Shown: piece by piece, positions 57,316 through 64,000 of the stretch | Position numbering within the stretch: the first letter of the stretch is position 1 | Layout of the letters: the number at the start of each line of letters is the position of its first letter | Assembly: GCA_032718475.1 (NCBI GenBank) | Contig: JAUCBJ010000608.1 | Location: forward strand, 1 to 64,000 | DNA length: 64,000 nucleotides | Direction of reading: 5' to 3' | DNA from: Nemertoderma westbladi | Taxonomy: Eukaryota > Animalia > Xenacoelomorpha | Notes under the pieces: model-generated | Databases searched by the model: none | What the model saw: only the letters and a program-made list of their open reading frames with translations | Told to the model about the DNA's origin: nothing | Translations under genes and position numbers: made by a program

Positions 57316-60300
57316 ATGTCTGACACAAGGCAAACTCTGTCAGATAGTCTCCTAGAAACAACAGTCTGTTTATCAGATAGGAGTATAGAGAATCCCAGAC
57401 CGAGGTCTGAAACCCCTCCTACTGTAAGAAAGACAACCCCTACAGTAGCTGTGTCAGAACCTAGGTTAGTAGAAGCAATTTCGCAATTCGCGAAGTTAGT
57501 GAAGCGCCGTAGGTCTATCATCGGTACTCGAGCCCAAGTTAAGCGGGACCAAGAAGCAGTGGAACCGCAACAACCCGCGAGCCAGGGACTTACTTCTCAA
57601 CGGCCCGATAGCTCCAGTAGTTCGGATACTGTTGAGCGGACGCCCGAACGCGGAGCGAAGATGGCGGATAAGGTTTATGATGAGCGGCCAACCTATGAAG
57701 AATCAACCGACGCCACTTCTTCTCAAGAAGAAAGCGAAGTGACAGCAGAGAAACCGCATAAGAGGGATGCTATTGACATCTATCTGTCAGACTATCAACG
57801 CTTTGTAGGAGATGAAGAGTTGAGGAGAAGGCTGGAGGGGCTTAGCCCTAATAGTGAAGGAACCAAGCTTGTGCTGGACGCAATTGATGCGGAAATGTTA
57901 GCGGCGAACCAAGCTAAATTTGATGAACTCCTCCGCATCAATAGAGTTCAAGAAGAGCAAGTAAAGAAAAAACGTATAGAAGACAGAAAGAAAGCAGCAG
58001 TAGTAGTTGCGGAAGCAGAAAGAAAGGCGGCAGCGGCCAAGGCAGCGGCAGAGGCAGCAGCAGAGACAAAAGTGGCAGAAGCAGAAAGGAAAGCGGCTGA
58101 CGAAATCACCCAATTAGAATTGGAAAACATTCAGGAGAATCAAGACTGCATAAATAAACAGTTAGCAGCTAGTAATATGCAGATGATGAATCGATCTACT
58201 CCCAAAAGACAGGGATATACATCATCTGAGGAAGGCGATACCACCGATACTGAAGGCAAGGGAAATAGATCTCGTCCAAGTAGACGTAAAAGAACATTCC
58301 ACCGTCAGAAATTGCCTGATTTGCCTCCAGCTGTTAGAAGGCAGCTAAATAACACCAACTTAGGTAGTACAGAGCCCACAGACCAAATAATTAAAATAGA
58401 AAGACTCCCTACTATAGTAGATGAGCCTGAAATAGGTAGGCCTGTTCTTGAAATCACCCCTACGGTAATAGATACACCTGTGCTCCCTGAAGCTACCTAT
58501 AAATTCCCTCTACATAGCACTAAGCTACCTGTGCCCCGTAGAACTGCCCGAGAGACAGTTCAGGTCCTGGACCCCGAGCGAAATATTCCGAATTTGTCGC
58601 CCGTTGTCCCTTGTCTGCCCGCTACGACGTTGGCGGATCCCGTTTCGGCGGTTGATTGGGTAGACGAGAGACGGCGGGGGATGGATATTCTCCTCGGAGA
58701 GATGAAGGAGAATCGGATACGCTCCTCCCAACAGGTCCGAGAGTTGGAAGGGACTGTCCAACATTTAAAGGGAACAGTGAGGGAAAGCAAGTTAGAGTTG
58801 CAAGAAGTGCAGCAAAATATCGCGCTAGAGCGCGATAAACTAGTAAATTTACAAAAGGGTATACCACCACCCCCTGTAACAATGTGTCAACCCGTTAGGT
58901 CTGAAGTATCTCATGCGCAAGGTGTGGAGCCTACACGCATCTATACTGCTAGCGAAGTAGAAACTCCTATAGTGAACCCTATTAAGGGTAATTATAGACC
59001 TGTTGATAGTGATATTCCCTATAGACCGGATCATAATCCGAGAAATTTATATACCGATAACTCGATATTAAATAGCACGATGGCCCAAGAAAGTTTTACG
59101 CGTCAAATGGCTAGAACCGAAGCCCGGCAAGCGGTAAAGGTTGGAGAGATCGTCAAGTTCAATGGAGATGAGATGAAATGGTTACCTTTTAATGAATATT
59201 ACAAAGATAACATACAGAACTCTGTACTATCTAATGGAGAAAAACTTAGATACCTCATCGAGTGCTTGGAAGGATCTCCCAAGTTAATGGCGTTAAAGTT
59301 TATTGGACATCCAGACGGATTAAGACAAGTTTGGGATACGCTAAACATCAGGTATGGTAATAGGAATAATATCGCTGGGTACTTGTATGCCAAGTTAGTA
59401 GCGCCCCGAAAGTTTATTAGTAGCGGAATTATCGAGTTTTCCGATGAGATCCAGGAGATCTGCAGACAATTAGATTGGCTAGGTAAGTCTCATGAGTATC
59501 AGAACACTATGGTTATTAGAGCAGTGGCTTCTACTTTACCTAAAGGTGGAGTAGGTACACGCTGGGATAAGAAAGTGTTATATATGATGGAACAACAACG
59601 ACGAGACCCTACCATGACTGATCTCATGTCATTCTTAGATAGAGAAGTGAAATTACAGCTCCTAAGGCAGTCCAGAGAGAAGACATTGGAAAACAAGGTA
59701 AGTGAGAAACCCGTTTCTAGGAGAAGGGTAACACCAGTATGTTATACCGACGACGGTGAAAGCCAAACCTCTCAAGGAGAGGACAGCGGGAAAGACACTG
59801 CCAGGCCTTACTATGTCAATAAAATGCCTAAAGAACAGGTAAGTAAATCCAAGTCTCGACCCAATGACAGAAGGGAACCGGTACAAAAAACCCCTCCTAC
59901 GTCTCCTAAAGGAATTCAGGTGAGAAAGCCCGAGGAAAGAACGAGTGTGCACCACATAGCACAGGTTAAAGTAAGTAACATCAAGCCGAAATGTGTGCTG
60001 TGCGACGGGCCCCACCGTTTAAATGCGTGTGATAAATTCCTGAGGAAATCACTCGAGGATAGACGTGAAGTCATGTGGGATAAGCGGTTGTGTTATAATT
60101 GCCTCAGACGAGGACACCAACGGCGAACCTGTAACTCCGACGCAAGGTGTGCAAAGTGCGGCGCAAAACATCATATCTTGTTGCACACGGAATTCGAACG
60201 AAACAGCCCGAGTCAGGTAAGTGAGTCCGAACTACATGTCCAATTCAGTGATGTGAACGACACTGATCAATCTGAGATGGAAGGATTCTATACGGACGAG

Positions 60301-61722
60301 TTCTCCGACCAAAACGAATCCTGTTACCTAATAAACACCACCGCAGTGTATCGAGCACTCGTGTATGAGAAAGACACACTTACCTTAACTACTTCCGATC
60401 AACAACCATCTTGGAAAGCGCCAACTTCCAATATAGGAATCCGAGAATTTCCTGTAGTCCAGTTACGGGTCCACGGACCTCAGAAGAGCTATATAGTGAA
60501 CGCCCTCCTGGACTCCGGTAGCACAGGAACATTCATCGATAGGGAACTAGCCGAAGTCATCTTTGCTGGACAACCCAAGTTCCGAACCAAGCTAAACCTG
60601 TCAGGGATCATGCAGGTTTGGAATTCTACTGTAGCTGCCGACTATTATATATGTGAGTTGTCCACCCCCCAGGACGAACTAGGAGAACATAGCATCAGGT
60701 CAGTGAAAATGGTGGCTATAAAGAACTTCGCTACTACTCAAGCAGACCTTTATAATTGGGACGAGGATGAGAGCATCCAACATCTTAACATACCTCGATT
60801 CCAGACTGATTATCCTGGAGTGCAAATACTCATCGGCCAAAACGCGCATGAGGCGCTGGAGACATTAGAGAAACGACCTGCTCAACCGCAACCACTTCAG
60901 CCCTATGCGGTAAGAACTAGAGTAGGTTGGTACCTTACTGGACCTTCCCGTAGAACGCTCAGAGAAAGACTGCTTCAAGATCGCGTCTGCCAGCGGAGTA
61001 AATGGGAAGATGATACTAGTGAGGGAGACGACCCAACTGAGGGAACACCATACTCCTCAGATAATGACGATATTAGCTCCAATTTAGATCAATGGAGATA
61101 TTGTCCCAAGAAGTTTAATCCAACGGACATCGCTTCCAGAGGAGTAACTCCTCAAGAACTGACAGATACTACAGACCGGTTAGGTGAACCCGACTTCCTG
61201 AGTAAGGAGAATGAATGGCCTCCCCATCTTACTCCGACTGAGATTAGACCAGCCAAGGGAGCGGAGAAAGTCGAACCTGAAACCCGGACGGGTGGATCGG
61301 AGTTATTTGAACCCGGGATAGATCTGTCGGTATTACATGTTGCCAGGGACGACGCCGTGGATCTGGGCCTCCCCACCGCGAGTGGATCCTTCATGAAGAT
61401 CAGAGAGAGCGATTGGAGCTCTGGAACATCAGACGTCTCGCAGGGACTCTCACCTCTCCTGCAGAGAGCGACGGACCACTATAGCTCCTGGAATCGGCTT
61501 TGTGACGCCGTCATATACTTTGAGCGATGTTTCTATCGTCACTATTCCAGGACGAAGAGGAAACCTGGAATTGTATTCAGGATGCAGCAACTCAATCACC
61601 CAGTCGGTCGTTTGTGTTTATCGGAAGGGAATGGAGGACTCTCCGGAAACTATGGAAGGCAAGATTCTCTTCCCACGACCACCTCCCTAATCCTTCAAAC
61701 ATCTAGGGACTCCATAACGTAG
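57316..61722 (+). CDS. BEL/Pao retrotransposon-derived Gag-protease polyprotein lacking RT and integrase
   Basis: DUF1759-like Gag (KFNGDEMKWLPF...EKLRYLIECLEG...LNIRYGN), BEL triple knuckle (CVLCDGPHRLNAC, CYNCLRRGHQRRTC, CAKCGAKHHILLH) and protease ALLDSGS...PYAVRTRVGWYLTGP. These are followed by the RNase H tail QWRYCPKKFNPTDIASRG and YSSWNRL. No YxDD or integrase motifs seen. Confidence 0.88.
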   Translation: MSDTRQTLSDSLLETTVCLSDRSIENPRPRSETPPTVRKTTPTVAVSEPRLVEAISQFAKLVKRRRSIIGTRAQVKRDQEAVEPQQPASQGLTSQRPDSSSSSDTVERTPERGAKMADKVYDERPTYEESTDATSSQEESEVTAEKPHKRDAIDIYLSDYQRFVGDEELRRRLEGLSPNSEGTKLVLDAIDAEMLAANQAKFDELLRINRVQEEQVKKKRIEDRKKAAVVVAEAERKAAAAKAAAEAAAETKVAEAERKAADEITQLELENIQENQDCINKQLAASNMQMMNRSTPKRQGYTSSEEGDTTDTEGKGNRSRPSRRKRTFHRQKLPDLPPAVRRQLNNTNLGSTEPTDQIIKIERLPTIVDEPEIGRPVLEITPTVIDTPVLPEATYKFPLHSTKLPVPRRTARETVQVLDPERNIPNLSPVVPCLPATTLADPVSAVDWVDERRRGMDILLGEMKENRIRSSQQVRELEGTVQHLKGTVRESKLELQEVQQNIALERDKLVNLQKGIPPPPVTMCQPVRSEVSHAQGVEPTRIYTASEVETPIVNPIKGNYRPVDSDIPYRPDHNPRNLYTDNSILNSTMAQESFTRQMARTEARQAVKVGEIVKFNGDEMKWLPFNEYYKDNIQNSVLSNGEKLRYLIECLEGSPKLMALKFIGHPDGLRQVWDTLNIRYGNRNNIAGYLYAKLVAPRKFISSGIIEFSDEIQEICRQLDWLGKSHEYQNTMVIRAVASTLPKGGVGTRWDKKVLYMMEQQRRDPTMTDLMSFLDREVKLQLLRQSREKTLENKVSEKPVSRRRVTPVCYTDDGESQTSQGEDSGKDTARPYYVNKMPKEQVSKSKSRPNDRREPVQKTPPTSPKGIQVRKPEERTSVHHIAQVKVSNIKPKCVLCDGPHRLNACDKFLRKSLEDRREVMWDKRLCYNCLRRGHQRRTCNSDARCAKCGAKHHILLHTEFERNSPSQVSESELHVQFSDVNDTDQSEMEGFYTDEFSDQNESCYLINTTAVYRALVYEKDTLTLTTSDQQPSWKAPTSNIGIREFPVVQLRVHGPQKSYIVNALLDSGSTGTFIDRELAEVIFAGQPKFRTKLNLSGIMQVWNSTVAADYYICELSTPQDELGEHSIRSVKMVAIKNFATTQADLYNWDEDESIQHLNIPRFQTDYPGVQILIGQNAHEALETLEKRPAQPQPLQPYAVRTRVGWYLTGPSRRTLRERLLQDRVCQRSKWEDDTSEGDDPTEGTPYSSDNDDISSNLDQWRYCPKKFNPTDIASRGVTPQELTDTTDRLGEPDFLSKENEWPPHLTPTEIRPAKGAEKVEPETRTGGSELFEPGIDLSVLHVARDDAVDLGLPTASGSFMKIRESDWSSGTSDVSQGLSPLLQRATDHYSSWNRLCDAVIYFERCFYRHYSRTKRKPGIVFRMQQLNHPVGRLCLSEGNGGLSGNYGRQDSLPTTTSLILQTSRDSIT

Positions 61723-64000
61723 CAACATATGGAGTGGGTGTGTGACTCTATTATTTTATATTATTTTATTATTTTTATATTTATGTATGTATTACTATGT
61801 AATTTTATTATAATCGTTTTCTTTAATTTTATTCAGTAGAATGTTATTTTAGCGATTATTTAGTAGATTAGTGCAATATATATTCGCGTTTATTACTTAA
61901 TTACGTATATATTATATTTAATGCGACGGCAAGAAATAATTATTTTCTCTTTCCTTACTGTCCGTATCATATTATAAATACGTGACTACAGTAAGATGAA
62001 ATGTCCGTACTTATTAAAGTACAATAAAGCCACTACTATATTTAAGTATTATTGGTAGGCAGAGTATTAGGAATGCAAAGTTCAGATCCTCGTGTCTCGG
62101 CTAAACCAAGCTCTGGGTAGACCTTGGAAACGACTTGCCTCTTCACACTGACATTGCTTCGTGCGATATTGCTCTCATACCGTATATTAAATAATACATA
62201 TAGTAGCGTGATGTCCCTTTAACAGTAGCGTATCACGCAAAATAAATCTGTTAAACCCTTTGACCATCTGTAATTCTAGTCGATTAAGATATCGCGGCAC
62301 CCACCGATATACTTGAAAGACAAATTATAGAATCAGTGGTTAACGTCCCCAGACAAGTTCTGGAATAAATCGGTGCCCATCTCAAATATTAATTATTTAA
62401 TATTTGCAAATCTAATAAATCAAAATCTGTAAAATTCAGATCCTTCAACAATTCTAGTCAATTAAGATATCGTAGCATTTACCGATATTCTTAAAGAGAC
62501 AATTTTCTTAGAATTAAGGATCTTGTGTCCCTAGACATGTTCTAGAATCAAAATATGCCCATTTAATTATCAAGTAATAAAATTTCAGGGAATAAATTTA
62601 AATTCATGCCTTTTAATGAATTTAATAAATTGCCATTTTTACGCAATTTATAAAGTTCCCAAAATTCCATTAATTAATAGGTCAAGGGAGCGGAGATTTA
62701 TCTTATCATGCGTATGAGTGTGTGAAAGTCTCCCAAACATAGTCAATAGCCGATAAAATTCATAAAGTCATGTATAAAACAGAACATTGACTATTAAAGA
62801 ATTACTATTAAATAACATCCCAGATCTGTATGCATTGGAATCACCCTAATTCTACCGCTAGCTTTGCATAATGTCACCATAGCAACAACCACGCTAGAAT
62901 TAGAATTGAGTTAAAAGAACAATAGAAAGCTTGTCCCATTGAATAGCATAGGGAATAAATAGTGCACTGATAGTATCCAAGGATACATAATAATACAGTG
63001 ACATTCTGGAAGGCATTGACTAACGGACAAGTGACCCGAGTGTGTGTAATTTGTGACAAGTTGTGTGTGTGGTACTTGTGAGTTTATAGGCGAATGTTAC
63101 TACTAAGGTGTGTTTACAGTAGCTAGTCGCAATCGTAAAAGTAACCTAACTCTCCAAGGAAAACCTGAAGTACATCTAAGTCTTTGGGACGGACAGTCGA
63201 GTGACTTGTGTCGGTTGTCGTTGTCGTTGTGCGGCTACGTCGTTGGCGAAAGTACAGCGGCGACGACACATCGGCGCTGAGGATCTCGTACTGTCCGGGG
63301 TTGATTGGGGTAGGCAGCGACGCCCGCTCGCCTAAATGTGGACTCATTATAATATGGATAAACTCATATATAGCAGATATGACGGAGTTGATAGAAGATG
63401 GTCTTGGTATCGGGGAGCGATATACTCTACTTTTACAAGCGTTTGTTGATAACTTAATACGCGGCGACGTTAGTCCAACTGCTGCGGAGGACGATGGTCG
63501 TTATATCGAACCGCCAATGTCCCAAGAGCAGCTCGCGCGAGTTGGACTATAGAAAATTCGCTGCTCGATATACGCGGCGTAATGGTACGTATATGGGCTT
63601 CTTAACTACTGGTCATACTATGTCGACTATATATCCTGCCCAGCGGAGTCGGAACCATAAACTGAAATTCGAATGCGAAAATTATATTCGAAATTGACTC
63701 GAAAGAAAAGACACTAAAGAAACAAATGGACGCGGTAACTCCAACGTATATTTGGAATTCTTGATAGAAGCATTGTAACAACAAATAAATATCACCCGCG
63801 TTTACCCTACCAGACGTGCGTCTTTGGTATTATTACGATAAATGCCCTAGACTCAAATAATAAACGGAAAGACATAAACATCCATGTAAACCGAAACTTG
63901 TTGACGTATCACCTATGCTCACTCGGCTCGAACGATCCTGGAGTAAACCTACGATCAGAGTCCCGGAATACTCGGTCAAACCTCCTCATTCCTTAGTTGG

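Noticed and set aside
63120-64000. GC-richer, coding-like sequence downstream of the BEL ORF (possible env or accessory gene)
   Set aside because: Only short interrupted frames with no recognisable motif are present, and the region is cut by the window end.

Overview
Repeat-rich animal (probably invertebrate) genomic DNA, not prokaryotic. There are two convergent host genes. One is a complete 4-coding-exon LRRC9 on the + strand (16887-26822, 1423 aa by my splice model) with RFX X-box-like motifs upstream. The other is the last five exons (TM4 to C-terminus) of a prokineticin-receptor-like class A GPCR on the - strand (36908-30531). Mobile DNA comprises a CR1/L2-type LINE with open ORFs whose leader is interrupted by nested TIR DNA transposons with intact TSDs, a full-length Gypsy element with apparently identical LTRs and an atypical VVED RT motif, RTE fragments, and a BEL/Pao gag-protease ORF lacking RT and integrase. 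The most striking signal is three unrelated tandem arrays whose unit is a copy of a real exon/intron junction: about 82 copies of the LRRC9 exon 3 donor, 10 copies of the LRRC9 exon 4 acceptor, and about 63 copies of the GPCR TM7-exon donor. All three lie in the last coding intron of their gene. In each, only the exon-proximal copy gives a full-length protein. Everything was read by eye; no database searches were run.
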